Source of the DNA: Octopus vulgaris
Taxonomy: Eukaryota
Length of the DNA: 64,000 nucleotides
Assembly: GCA_951406725.2 (NCBI GenBank)
Contig: OX597819.1
Location: 100,564,001-100,628,000, forward strand
Direction of reading: 5' to 3'
Shown piece by piece: positions 42,760-57,608 of the stretch. The position numbers and the translations under genes were made by a program. Numbering within the stretch: the stretch's first letter is position 1; each line of letters opens with the position of its first letter. Below the pieces are notes generated by a model that ran no database searches, was not told the DNA's origin, and worked only from the letters and a program-made list of their open reading frames with translations.

Positions 42760-43434
42760 AACATGCAAACATAAGTAATACATACATGTGTATGCATACA
42801 CATAACATAAAAAGTTGAACAGTGCGTCAAAAAGAAAATAACAAAAAATTTACAGACAAGATATGGACGTGCTCTTTTCATCTCAGTTGTAGTCAAAACA
42901 TCATCATGAAATTAAATGACAAAAGAAGAAATTGTGCAAAGAATTTCATTAGTGAAGAGCTGTTTCTACTCTAAGATGCAGTACGCTCAGATCTGAGTGC
43001 TTCTGAATTTACAGCTTCCTCGGAACTTCCAAAATGAAGTCCTTTTGCTTACATATAAGTATAACTTGCAGGCAGAGAACGGATTTTGAAGTGTGAAATT
43101 TCTGATTTGCTGTGTATGCTAATTTTCATTCATGAACAGTTTACTGAAACTGAAGTGTCGCAAGGTCTCAGTCTTGTTGAGTGCGCATGATATATGTACA
43201 TATATATAATTTGGTTAATGTGGCCGTCATCTAAGATATGACGATACTGTCATTTAACCCTAGGAAGGCATCTCCTCCAGCTGGTTTATTGAGTTCACTT
43301 CTCGCACTCGCTATCTATTGCAAACGTGAGATAACCTCTGTTACCTTAGCTCTGAGACCACTAGACCACGTGTTGCCAGGCATGGCAGCAGTTTAAACTC
43401 ACTTGCTATATACATACATAACTACATGCATACA

Positions 43435-43511
<77 letters not shown>

Positions 43512-43732
43512 GTATATGTATATATGTAGACATAAATGTATATATATATATGTATATATATGTATATTTATATAAGTATATGTATATTCCCAAGATTGAT
43601 GTATTAAATTCGATTTGAGGTTACGTTAGCCTTATGTAGGGAAATACTGGTTCAATAGCTAGAGTTTTGGGGGAATTTCCTTAAAATAATAGGTATATAT
43701 ATATATATAAAATCATATACTTCATATTAATA

Positions 43733-44200
43733 TAAAAGAAACAGCAAATAGAGATTAGGAAATTAATAATTGTTTATTAACGACAAATTAATCATCATTT
43801 CTTACAGCCTTTTCAATTAATACTCTGTTAATTTAACTATATATTAAATGCACATGCGCTGAGCATAATATCTTTAGAGGGGAAAACATACGCCCTTGCA
43901 TGTTTTATATATGTGTTTATGAATACGGTCCCCAACAAAACCTGCAAAACCTTCGTCCGAACACATAATAATGCAAATCATAAACTGTATCATTTAGTCT
44001 GCTATAACGAATTCATAAACACATGTAAAATATTCAAGGGTATATTTTTTTTCCCTCTGAAGATATTATGCTCAGGGCATATGAATTTGATATTTAATTA
44101 ATTCATTGAGTATTAATTAAAACAGCTTGAAGGTATGATGATCCATTTGTTGTTAATAATAAATGATTAACTTCCCAATCTCGATTTTGTTTTCTTCATT
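43733..44200. mobile_element. Inverted-repeat element (arms about 190 bp) with one HHR motif per arm
   Basis: Arms 43733-43925 and 44010-44200; HHR 43801-43882 (-) and 44053-44133 (+); TA tracts on both sides. Confidence 0.75.
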
Positions 44201-44231
44201 CATATACATACATATATATATATGTCTCATG

Positions 44232-44291
<60 letters not shown>

Positions 44292-45331
44292 CATGTACAT
44301 ATATATATATGTATGTATATGTGTATGTATATATGTATATGTTAATATATACATATATATGTGTGTGTGTCTGTTCAATATATATATATAACTGCGTATT
44401 TTTAAGATAGATTAAAATTTGCTACATTTGTATTTGTGTTTACAATCCTCTTAGCCAACAATAAATATGGAATCTTTTGTTTGATAATGCATCTTAATTC
44501 AACATATTATCATGTGAATGGTATATTTTTCTGTAATAAAAAGGAATCTAATCTGTGAATATTGAAAATGTGAAATATTGCAATGTATCTCGCGTTTGGA
44601 ACATACAGTATATATATTTGAAGTAAGAAACATTATGGCAATTCCAAGAATAACACTGCATTACATTATGTTGTATATACTCACACTACATTACGAATTT
44701 TATTTACACTACAATATGCTGGCCTATACTATACTGCTTCGACTCCCTCTACATTGCATTCCATTATACACAGAATATTGAACAATACTCGCCGCGGCTC
44801 TCAAAATTCAATACTGTATATTTCTTTCATATGACTGTTAAAGAACAACAACTACAACAACGAAAACTACAATAAAAACAACAACATAAATAAATAAGAC
44901 TGCAACAGCATTAAAAACAGAAGCAGTAGCAAATACGGCAGCCTGCACAGCTGCAACAACAGCAGAACCAGAAGCGAAAGCAATAACCTTGAGATGTGAA
45001 TTAATATCGGTTGCTTAAATGAAGCCGAGCCGTAGTCAGGTCACGTTTAAACAATATAGGACCTTGAAGGCGGATTTATAGAAAGTGCATTCGGACCGGA
45101 CATGAATCATAATAATGTTCATCAATGATTGGCTGTTCTAGGAAATTCCTTTTGGCCTTCACCATCTCCTACCGGGCCACGCCCTGCCCGGGCGTTTGGG
45201 ACACACGTTGTGGATGAGAGCAAAACAATAAAATAAATTATAGAGGAGATGCGAGAAAAACAGAGATATAATCACTCAGATAAAGCAAGAAGAGGCGGAT
45301 GGAGAGGAGAGAAAAACGAAGAGTTAGATCG

Positions 45332-45412
<81 letters not shown>

Positions 45413-45714
45413 TTACGAGAAAGCGGATTGTGGCGGATTATACAGACAGAAATATAACAATGACAAAAGTTATGTCCGTCTAAATGGAGCACAATTTAAA
45501 CAAACATACGAAATGGCCACATAAATTTGTTGTTTTTGCAGTTGTTGTTGTTGTGTTTGTTGTCTGAGTTGTTAATAATCTTGCAGTTGTTATTGTTGTA
45601 GTTGTGTCTCCTTATTTAATCCAATTCTGAAGTGACACCACTCATACCATTACCGGAATACCACCAATATTGATATGGCAGTTTTATCTCTATCCGAATT
45701 CTTCGTCATCCTCG

Positions 45715-46475
45715 AGAAGAGAGCCATCGTTCCTCATCATCACCATCATGCTCATCATCAACATCAAAATACCCCTCCTCCTTCTCGTCCCACCATCGCT
45801 TCTCTGTCATCCCCTCATCCACTTCCACTCCCTCTCCTACCCTTCTTCTTCTTCCTTCCCACCTTTCTCTCCCTCTCCTACACATCTTCCCCCGTTTCTC
45901 TTCCGCCCCTTCTGCCTCCACTTCCCCTCTTTAGTTCTTTCCCTCTTCCTCCTCCTATTTCTTCTACTTCTACTTCAATTTTTCTTCCTTTTTCCTCCTA
46001 TTCTTCTCCCCCTCCTCTCCTCTCTTTTCTTCATCTTCCTTATTTTTTTCTCTTCAACTTTCACTTTATCCTCCCCTCATCTCCTGCCTTCTTTTTCTCT
46101 TCTTCTTTCCTATCCTTTTCACTACTTACTCTTCTCCTTCCCTTCCCTTCCTTTTCCCTCTCTTCCTCTTCCTTTCCCCCTAGTCCCACTTCCTCTTCTC
46201 CACCCATTCTCCTTCCCTTCCCTTCTCCTCTCCTGCCTTCTCCTCTCGCTCATACCCTTCGTCATCTCCACCCTTCTCACTTTACTCTACTCCTCTTCCC
46301 TTCCCCTTCCTTCCCTCGTCTTCACCTCTTCTTCCTTTTCCTCTTCTCCATTTCACCATCCTCGTCCTTCCTCCTTCTCCTTCCTCTCCGCCTTCCTCCT
46401 CCCCTTTCTCTCTCCTCCTCCTCTCTCTTCTTTCCTTCCTCTTCCTTCCTTATCCACTCATCTGCCTTCTCATTA
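45715..46475. repeat. Long polypyrimidine (CT-rich) tract
   Basis: About 750 bp overwhelmingly C/T on the plus strand. Confidence 0.9.
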
Positions 46476-46537
46476 TTAATGTAAAAAAATATTCACTATC
46501 AACATAACCTGTAATGTTAAAATATACTATCAAGGTA

Positions 46538-46917
46538 AAGCAGCGAGCTAGCGGAAAGGTTAGCACGCCGGGCGAAACGCTTAGCGGTATTTCGTCTGCC
46601 GTTACGTTCTGAGTTCAAATTCTGCCGAGGTCGACTTTGCTTTTCATCCTTTCGGTGTCGATAAATTAAGTACCAGTTACACGCTGAGATCTATATAATT
46701 GACTTAATCGGTCTGTCTGTCCTTGTTTGTCTCCTCTGTGTTTAGCTCCTTGTGGGCAGTAAAGAAATAGGTATTTCGTCTGTCTTTACATTCTGAGTTC
46801 AAATTCCGCCGAGGCCGATTTTGCCTTTCATCCTTTCGGGGTCGATAAATTATGTACCAGTCGATCTAATCAACTGACCCTCTCTCTAAAAATTTCAAGC
46901 CTAGAGTAGAAAAGAAT
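46538..46917 (+). mobile_element. SINE family A with duplicated internal module
   Basis: Head cagcgagctagcggaaaggttagcacgccgggcg; two copies of ttctgagttcaaatt...tttcatcctttcgg.gtcgataaatt. Confidence 0.85.
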
Positions 46918-47084
46918 ATATAGACAAAGTGAAGTGAAACCTGTTAAAAGAAGAATATTATTTACTTCTATTTCAAAACACACTGAGTTCAAATCCTATC
47001 GAGGTAAACCTTGTTCTTTATTTACTCGAGCTCCTTCTAATGAGTATCGGTGAAAGATTGAAAGCGACTTATTCGATTATACAA

Positions 47085-47240
47085 AATCATATTTGAAGCG
47101 CTATATCTATAAGTGGTGGGTCCCTGAGCAATATAGATCAGTCTTAAGCATTCAATAGGGTCGATCATACATACTTGGCTGGATCGCTGGATGCAGCGGC
47201 ATCTGTTTACTGGTCAAAGTGAATGGTCACCTCTCAGAAC
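47085..47240 (+). pseudogene. L1/Tx1-like reverse transcriptase scrap
   Basis: GGSLSNIDQS / AFNRVDHTYL ... VKVNGHLSE, resembling LDQxKAFDRVDH...VxVNGxLS. Confidence 0.5.
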
Positions 47241-48110
47241 AGCACTTATTTACCTTAGAAGATTATCCAGAAGCTGAAGAGAAAATTTATATATCTCTTC
47301 ATAGGCAAAAAAAAATGAAAAGAGTCTAAATTTTCCATACAACAAGTAGGGCTACAAACCGTATCAATCTGTTGCTTCATGGATCATTGGCAAAGAAATA
47401 GCTAGAAAGGAAACTGCTAAATTAAAATGGAAGAAAATAACCATAAAAATGCGCAACATATAACAACGAAAACCAGTGAATACATAATATTTCTTCTAAG
47501 CATCAACAAAGTCACTTTTCAGCAAAACAACGAAGAAAACTTAGAGGACGATAAAGAATTATGTTTTAAGTTTCTTCGAACATCCAATTGATAACAAATA
47601 AAATTTTTAAGGTGTAGTGCCACATACCTGGAAAACTTATAACGACGCAGGAACAGATTCAGAATATAAACTGCTCGAAACAGATAGATTGCACGTACAA
47701 TTAAAATTAAGACAAGCTATCGATCTTGAAAACTAATACTCTAATGATTTAACGATTTCAGTATCTTTTGTGTATTAAACTGTAAACAATTTCAAATAGG
47801 TGGAGTCGGATACATTCGAACGCAGTTTAAAAAATAACTAATTAACCACGTCCGTAAAGTGTCCAATCGAACGTAACTAGCCGTCTTTAATGTCTTTATT
47901 TACTTCGATTATATGTTGTTTAATTATTGTGTTGTATTGTATTTCATTACTTAATTCTGTATAAGTATATGTATATACATTTATATACTTACATATGCAT
48001 ATATACAGGCAAATGTGTGTGTATAAACATACATGCATACACACACACATATACGTGGGTGTGTGGTAAGAAGTTTGTTTCCATGCCATATTCCTTGTGC
48101 TCGTAATCTT

Positions 48111-48150
<40 letters not shown>

Positions 48151-48210
48151 TCTATATCTCTCTCTATATATATATATATATACGCATATATGGGTACGAG
48201 TAGATAGATT

Positions 48211-48662
48211 TGGATCAACAGTGTATGCAATGGATGGCCTTATGTCTTTGAACAAGATTCTGCATCATCATACAAGTCTAAAATGACACAAGAATGGATG
48301 GTCGACACTACCCCCAACATATGACCTCCTAATTCTCTAGATCTCAATCAACTGGACTACTATGTATGGGACATCGTTGAGAAAAATGTCAATGAAAACC
48401 CCCATAGCACCAAAGATTCTTTGAAAGCTGCCATAGTTCGTGTCATGCCCTATATGAACAAGGACCACTTAATCCAAGCTTGTAAACGATTTCAACCCCG
48501 CGTAGAGACAATTATTGATGGTTATGGTGGTTTTATTGGATGAAATTATTAAATTGATAACTTAGCTTTATGCTTTCGTAATAAAAATACAGTTTTTTTC
48601 TGTTATTATATATGCGTATTTTAAACCATAAACCTGTCCACAAATACTGTCCGCAACCTGTA
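48211..48662 (+). mobile_element. maT (DD37D)-like Tc1/mariner transposon, 3' fragment
   Basis: PYVFEQDSASSYKSKMTQEWM...*PPNSLDLNQLDYYVWDIVE...ACKRFQPRVETIIDGYGGFIG* (48211-48543); ends actgtccgcaacctg-TA. Confidence 0.8.
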
Positions 48663-48883
48663 TATGTGCATGCAAACGTGTATGTGTACTCATGTGCGCG
48701 CTACTTTTTGTACGTAAATATGAAAGTTTAAAATTTCATAATACACCTTACATTATATAGTATAACGTTTTCTTAACCGTCCCTTCTTATTTGTTATATT
48801 GTTTTGTTATACTTTCTTCCATTATAACCCCTGCCCAAAGTTTCATATTTTTTCTCTTCGAAAATTGAAGTAAAAAAAAGAAA

Positions 48884-48925
<42 letters not shown>

Positions 48926-49504
48926 GTTGTTGTTGTTGCTGTTGTTGTTGCTGTTATTGAGTGAGAGAGTTGTGCACACCATCAAAGTGACACTAAGGTA
49001 AAACATACAAAGCCCAGTTTATCCCCCATGACTACTCGTCTGATAAAGGTACACTAGGCACATGCATCACAAGCATATGTGCGCGACATATTAATCTCAT
49101 ATCAATGTAAACAACGTATGGCCTTGCAGGTGGGACCCAGTTAAAAATGTTTTGAGGTCGAGTAGACCACACCGCTCAAAAGGTCCAAGAGTAAAGGTTC
49201 TATAAGGATGTTGAACAAAACACTCATGTTTCCAAAGGTGAATTATCCAAACCCCAGAGAATTCCTCTCAATGGCTATAATGCTCCTTCACTACTTCCGC
49301 TCATGATCAGAGATGCACACATCATCTGCCACCAAGGAACATATGCGACTGGTTCAGGTCAAACAACTGACAAGCAAGCCTGTGGTATTGAGCAAATCTA
49401 GCCCATCTTTTATATGATGTACATTTAAAACAATGTATATGATACCACTTCCAATCAGTTAAGATCAGAAGCCACGAGAGTCACTGTCTGATACTGGATC
49501 AAGG

Positions 49505-49571
49505 CATCATCATCATCATCGCTATCATCATCATCCTCATCCTCATCCTTATCCTCATCATCATCATCATT

Positions 49572-49645
<74 letters not shown>

Positions 49646-49669
49646 CATTATTATTATTATTATTATTAT

Positions 49670-49713
<44 letters not shown>
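49505..49713. repeat. Compound (TCA)-(TTC)-(TTA)-(TAG) microsatellite
   Basis: Direct inspection. Confidence 0.95.
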
Positions 49714-49719
49714 ACATTA

Positions 49720-50880
49720 AGGCGGCGAGCTGGCAGAAACATTAGCACGCCGGGCGAAATGCTTAGCTGTATTTTGTCCATCTCTACATTCTGAGTTCAA
49801 ATTACGCCGTAGTCGACTTCACCTTTTCAGGGTCGATAAAATAAGGGTCCATGTAATCGGCTAGCCACCTCCCCACAAATTTCGGGCTTTATGCCTACAG
49901 TAGAAATGATTATAATTATTTTTATTTCTTTTTATCACAGTTTTTTTGTTTGAAATCCCGGAGTCTTGCATGTGTAGAGGACTTGCTACATGCAGCCTAC
50001 TGTAATATGCTGTCCGTTCTTTTCAGCTATCAAATACTTTCAAGGAGGCAAAAATTTTGTAGCAGTTCTACTTTGCCTTTCATACTTTCAGGGTTGAGGA
50101 AACAAATAGAAGTTAAGCAACGGTGTCTACGTAATCAACTAGATTCCTTCTTAAAAAATTCGGAATTACTTGTACTTATAGCAGAAAAGATTACAAAGTA
50201 TTATAATATTGTTGTTCTTGAAGCAGCGAACTGGCAGAATCATTTGCACTCTAGACAAAACGTATTCTGACATTTCTTCCAGCTTTACATTCTGAAGTTC
50301 AGTTGCATCCGAGATCAACTTTCTCTTTCATCCTTTCGGGGTCGATAATGTTCCATTCAAGCGCTCTTAAAATTTCTGGCCCTGTGCTTAAATTAGAAAG
50401 AATCATTCTTATCAAGACACATGTCTTAATGGTTAGAGTAACGGGCTCACAATCATGTGGGAGTGACTTCGATTCCGGTACCGAGATGTGTGTTGTATTC
50501 TTGAGCAAGACACCTTATTTTAAGCTGGCAGAATCGTTAGCACACCGGCGAAAATAGCTAGCAGTATTTCGTCCGTCTTCACGTTTTGAGTTCAAATTCC
50601 GCCGAAGTCGACTGTGCCTTTCATAATTTCGGTGACGATAAGTTAAGTACCGGTGAAAATCTAGAGTCGATACACTCCACTATTTCACTCCCCCAAAATT
50701 GCAGGCATTCTGCCTTTTGTAGAAAGGATCATTATTATTATTATTATGCCAAGGTCGACTTTGCCTTTCATCCCTTCGGGGCCGATAAATTAAGTACCAA
50801 TGAAACACTGGGGTCGATGAAATGGACTATTCCTCTCACCTAAAATTTCAGGCCTTGTGCCTATGGTAGAAGGGATTATT
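49720..50880 (+). mobile_element. Cluster of family A SINE copies of different ages plus a V-like SINE fragment (50425-50520)
   Basis: Heads at 49720, 50222 and 50523; repeated gtcgactttgcctttcatcc modules. Confidence 0.75.
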
Positions 50881-51671
50881 ATTATAACTTTTCGTATTGC
50901 TGTATGTTTGTGGATAAGTATGTACAAATACGAATATATTGACAAACTGCAACGAGGTGAAAAAGAAAAGCTGACATTTAATGAAATAAACCAAAATGAA
51001 ATTTGAAAGAAAATTCGCCATTTTCAAATTCAAGAACAGAGCAGCAGAAGTGAGCAAAATGATTGGCATCTCTGTGACAGCGCAGGAAGTTAAGATATAA
51101 TAATTAACCGTCAATAAATCCTTTTCTGCATAGAAAATATTTATTAAGATTCCCATAAAGAATATCAAACCATTTTCTGGGCTTTTATACATAAATGTAA
51201 ATTGAATGTAAAAATAGGAGATTTTCAACGAGCATAATATTTCTCTTATTCCTTTAAAGTGGCTGATTTTTAGTTGTTGTTATCTTCCCTAAATCTTTTG
51301 GCATTTCTCAAATAAAATATAAATTGTAGGCAATAGGGTTTGATAGCTCACACATAAGCATGCACTACCCTACACATATTTATATATAAACATACACAAG
51401 CGAAAGGATAAACGCAAATATTCACATTAGCAGCATACAAATAGATATATGCAGAAATACACATACAGGCATATATACATATATAATTTTGTGTATGCAT
51501 ATACACTTACACATAAACACGTATCTATCTATCTCTCTCTATATATATTTATGTATAAACATATAATTATATTTATCTCTTTATTTGTAGATTTATTTAT
51601 ATAAAACACACACACACACACACATTTTAAATTTGTTCATATATATGCATATACATATAATATATGTATGC

Positions 51672-51728
<57 letters not shown>

Positions 51729-52133
51729 TACTATACATATACTATATATAAATGAATGCATATATATATATTAATATATAATTATCTATACATATATATT
51801 TCCTAGTTATTGTCGTAAGGTTGCTTACAGTATATAATCATGCACTTATACCCACGATATTAATCAATGAACAAAAAAAAATGAACATGTATAACAAAAA
51901 ATAAAAATAAAATTGCCAATGCAGACGCGAACAGATTCTCAAGTAAACTTTAAAAAAAATCATCGTTGTCTATAATTATAAAGTGAAAAATATCAAACAG
52001 TCAAGCCAAACCGTAAAATGATATATTATAAATGTATAAAAAAAAAATGTTTTATACGTCATTCGCTTGAAATGATTGTCAACAAAAAATCAAATATCTT
52101 TCGAAACAGGCATGGACGAACAACCTCACGCAC

Positions 52134-52440
<307 letters not shown>

Positions 52441-52641
52441 ATGAAAGCGTATTCACATAGATATGGACATAATATTTATGCGTACACACAAGTGCATGCA
52501 CACGAATAGAGATACAGACAAACACACACAAGCACACAGCGATATATTAATGCTGGTATTCATGCACACAAATATACAAATATATATGAATAAGAAAGAC
52601 AGAAACTGAAGGAGGGCTGAATTAAGAGAAAACAATTTAGA

Positions 52642-52685
<44 letters not shown>

Positions 52686-53273
52686 TCTGTGTCTCTATAC
52701 CATCCTGGAACTAAATGTGTATGTGCCCGTGTGTGTGTGTGTGCGTCTCCATGCCTTTTTTTTCTGTCTTATCATACACACGCACACTCACACACATGCA
52801 TATGCACATACACATAGTTATATATAGATGTGCATAGACACACGGACATATATATTATATATACTTATATTTACATACATACATACGGAAGTACGCGTGC
52901 ACATACATATACATATACATAGGTACTAATATAGTATATAAATACAGGCACACATCTCTAAAATGGCGTATATTTTTACGCACACATTTTTAGATACGTG
53001 CGTGAGTTTTATACAGGTGAGCGTGCGTGTGTGCCTATATGTCTGTGTGTGTGTGTGCGTGCGCACGCGCGTGTGTGCTGTACATGAACATTTGAATGTT
53101 TCAACGAATGCGTGCAAGTATACGTTTAATTATTATTATTCTTTTTTTTTAAATTATCTAACAGAAACAAAGGAAATAATTAAGGAATATAGTCTGTGCC
53201 ATCTGGCAATTTATGTATTTGTATGTGTAGCAAGTACAGAAGAATATGAATAATACATATAGCCATTTATATA

Positions 53274-53345
<72 letters not shown>

Positions 53346-54314
53346 GTGTGTGTGTGTCTGTGTGTGTGTGTCTGTGTGTGTCTGTGTATGTGCATGCAGA
53401 TACACATACACACATGTGTATGTGTAAGTATATATATACAGAAATGTATGTGTGTATATATATATTCCATATAATCATATATAGGTATATACAAATATAC
53501 ATACATTTACATATGTATACATATATATGTATATTTATATATATTTGTATAAATGTATATGTGCATGCTAATGTATATATACACACACATATATATATGT
53601 GTGTGTGTTCAGTTATACATGCATATGCATGCGTGTGTTGTTTTCTATATGTATATGTTTGTGGGATTTTGTGTGCACGTATGTGTGTCTATAATTGGCA
53701 GCCTTCAGAAACTGTCACATGCACGCGTACACACAAACGCACGCTCTCACATTCACATACGAAATTAAATATAAGTCTATATAGAGAGTGCTTGTGTGTT
53801 CGTGTTTGTTCATCAATGTTTCTACTCATATGTGTATTACTTATACGCGTCTATATGTATGTATAGACGTATGTGTGTATATGTATGTGTAATCTGAATG
53901 TTCGTATATCTTCTCATTTAAAACCGGCTGTGTGAAAACATACATTTGCATAACTAAAAAAGATATATGCAGGATAATTTCAAAGATTATATCAGAGGTC
54001 TATAAATCTGAATATTTGACTCGAGTTAACTCTGTCCCATTCTATTAAACAGCGACTTTAAACTCTTTCACCCAGTTCCACAATTATCTCACACCTTGCT
54101 ATTAAATCTTAGTGCAATCATCATCGGCTGTCGTTGAAATGCTGCGATAAAATCGATAAAAATTAAATTTAAAAGAAAAAAGATAGAAAAACGAACTGAA
54201 TATCTTTCAGTGGATTGAGTGTTTGAAATGGTTCCCATTTCACTCGCTGTCTATTTTAGTTCCATAATATCGAAACAATATGGAGACATAAGAAAAATTA
54301 ACATGATAGCCGAC

Positions 54315-54470
54315 GGAGCAGTTGTGCGGTAAGAAATTTCCTTCCCAGTCTTATGTTACTGAGCTCAGTCGCACTACGTGTTACCTTGGGTATATGACTT
54401 TTTGATTTTGCCCCGGGATGATGTAAGCCTTGTTAGGGGATTAGTAGACGGAAACTGGGAGATGCCGGGT
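54315..54470 (+). mobile_element. SINE family B 5' half, degraded
   Basis: gttgtgcggtaagaa...cagtcgcactacgtgttaccttggg...gccttgttaggggattagtagacggaaactg. Confidence 0.6.
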
Positions 54471-54519
54471 GCTTTGAGATACAAGCATGCATACATACAT
54501 ACATACATATATATATACT

Positions 54520-54816
54520 GGAGGCGCAATGGCCCAGTGGTTTAGGGCAGCTGACTCGCGGACGGAGGATCGCGGTTTCGATTCCCAGACCGGGCGTTGT
54601 GTGTGTTTATTGAGCGAAAACACCTAAAAGCTCCACGAGGCTCCGGCAGGGAGTGGTGATCCCTGCTGTACTCTTTCACCACTCTTTCTCTCACTCTTTC
54701 TTCTGTTGGCCTGCTCGCTTAGCCAGCGGGGTGGCGTTGTTCGAAGGCTAAAACAATGCGAACGCATTGTGACCAGCGATGTGTAGTAACATCTGATGGT
54801 CTGGTGGGTCACGTGA
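54520..54816 (+). mobile_element. tRNA-derived SINE family C
   Basis: ggaggcgcaatggcccagtgg...ggtttcgattccc; paralog of 15453-15763. Confidence 0.85.
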
Positions 54817-54860
54817 TATATATTGTAAAGTCTATTTGCTAACATAATGTAGCAGACGTA

Positions 54861-55463
54861 CAGAGGCCGATGTTACCACTTTTTAGCCCCAGGAAAACAT
54901 TTTTTCCAGTTGGCTACATACACATATTCTGATTAATGCTCCCATTCTAGCCTTGGTGATACCTGTAGACTAGTTGTTTCTTGTTTATTTCTCTTCCTCG
55001 GTTCAGTACAATTGTTAGCTAGCGATGGCAGTTACTCAACCTTGCTCATAGTATATACATTTAAAGCTACATACAGCCGCTGATCTCATGAAGAGATAAC
55101 AACTTGTTTTAAATGTCTAAGCTAGAAATACGTTGGAAAATAGACTTTACTGTTAGGTACTGTTACTACATAGTTCTCGCTAAGAGACTTAAAACTTGTT
55201 TTTCTCTTCACGAGATCAACGGCTGTATGTCACTTTAAAAGTATATACTATAAGCAAGATCGAATAGCTGCCATCTCTAGCCGACGATTGTCCTGCACTG
55301 AGGAAGGGAAATAACCTAGAAACAATTAGTCTACAAGTATCGCTAAAGCTTGAATGGGAGCAATAAACTTTGATGCACATGGTATACGGACACAAATCAT
55401 GTATCGGTAACCAGCTGGAAAAGATACTTTCCTGGGGCTAAAAAGGGGGAACATTGTCCTGTG
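54861..55463. mobile_element. Fold-back MITE with TA target duplication (Tc1/mariner-type ends)
   Basis: TA|cagaggccgatgttaccactttttagccccaggaaa ... tttcctggggctaaaaagggggaacattgtcctgtg|TA; arms pair over about 270 bp. Confidence 0.8.
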
Positions 55464-55557
55464 TAGGACTGCCACACTGTGTTGGCAAACAGCCTTTACT
55501 GTTCGGTATGGTTACCACATATTTCTCGCTCAGAGATTTAAAACTAACTGTTTTTCT

Positions 55558-55707
<150 letters not shown>

Positions 55708-56259
55708 ATGCAAAACGCGAAACCAGTAGACCCTATAAATATTCTATCTTATAAAATATATAAAAATTTATATAGACTGTGTGCATTTTCCTTTTTATGA
55801 TTACACACACACACACAAACATAAGGATTTTGATACCGGGAGATTGAATGAACAAGTTATATTACAAATCTCTACAATTGTTTCAGTGCATCAGTATCAG
55901 CATGTTACATGTATAATACACATCATTGCATTAATATGTCCCAACAACAACTGTATACATGCACGTCTTCGAGTAAGCAGAAACTTAAGCAGTGCAAGAT
56001 CATCTTTATTTTCTCTTTCAGTAAATTACCAGTTGATACCGATGAGCCGAAACAGTTGTAGTTATTTGTAATAAAGCCATGTCAATCCATCAGCTCGTAT
56101 CAAATTTCTTATGTAGAAAATCTACGGCTAGTCTCGTATTTCCTCATCTATAGTCATTGAAAGAGAAGTTCTTCTGTATGATAGCCTATGGATGTCCACA
56201 CACGAAGAGGAGCTTTTGAACGTATGCCATTATCCAGATTGTAATATATGGATTTGACA

Positions 56260-57608
56260 ATGACACTCCGGTCTCCCTTCACTTTTGTTCAACTGGTCAT
56301 TCGCTACCTCTGTCTGAGTTCGGACTGGTCTTGCACAGAGGCCAGTCGGACTCCTGCCTCCATCGAAAGCAGGTTTCATTTACTCGCTTCATTCCTCAGT
56401 TTCTAACGTTTTGAATTTTTCAGCACTCTTCATGTAAACCCATTCCTACACATTTACACACACCCCACACGTCCCACTTTACAAAGCCCCTCTTCCTCTA
56501 CCTTACACCCACCTCCTCTACAACACACACCATTATGCCTCTGCACGTACAACATTATACTGCTGCAGCATATACAAACTACTACACACTCACACGCGCA
56601 TGCACAGACACATACACGCATCAGCATTCAACACCTTCCAAAGCCTAGCCCCAGTTGCCCCTACACTACCTCGCGGCTCCATCCAGGTCTACCCACATCA
56701 CAACCTCACAGACGTCAGATAGACTCACACATGCACACAAACACAGAGTATTCTCCACATGTCAACTCCATAACCACACACACTTTATCCGACAGCTCCA
56801 TATACACGCATCACCTGATAATAGGGGCACAAACAATCGTTCACATACACGCGCATAAGCACATACAATATTCGCGCATAAAAAAACATAATACACATGC
56901 ACAACAGTGTCACACACACACACTTCATTCCCAAACACTGGCGTGCAAAAGCACACACGCACACACACTACTCACACGAAGCATACACACACACGCTACT
57001 CGCCCAAAAGCATACACGCACACAATAGCTGCTACACGCACTCGTTTGCGGCGCACGACCACATATCTAATAGCCTCATACAAACATACATTACAAAGCC
57101 TCACCTCCCACGCACACATATACACACAGTAACACACACTCACACATAAAAAGCGCGGAAAATATACGTACACGTCGCTCCACGCAGTGCACATAATTGT
57201 TTACTCACATACATGCACTTGCATGCTTCCATAATCACACACAGACACGCTCACATAACCTTCAAACACACTCACATGCTACCCACACACATATACACAC
57301 GCACACACCGATACACATATATACACTCGCCCACATTCTCACATACATACAAACTTGTACACACACACAGGTTACAGTTGTCTCCCTTTCCACCCAACCT
57401 TATTCCTTTCGGTCTGTTCAACATGCGAATCAATTCAACAGTTAATCAAGACACATTTTCCTCTCATCCCGTTTGTCTTCTCACTATGGTTTTTTTCCCT
57501 CAATACCTTCTCTAGAAGAGCGTAGGCTCGAAACAGCAAAGAATTCTTCCATTTTCCTGAGCGTGAAACTAATACACGTTGATTATTATTGCGTAACTTG
57601 ACTCTGTT

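Noticed and set aside
47280-47700. Possible further PLE remnant (KLKWKKI) with ctgctc GAAAC
   Set aside because: No continuous protein motif and no CUGANGA
54520-54595. tRNA gene (also the heads at 15690-15763, 58910-58984 and 63219-63277)
   Set aside because: Followed by SINE or element bodies and lacking an intact cloverleaf; these are tRNA-derived heads
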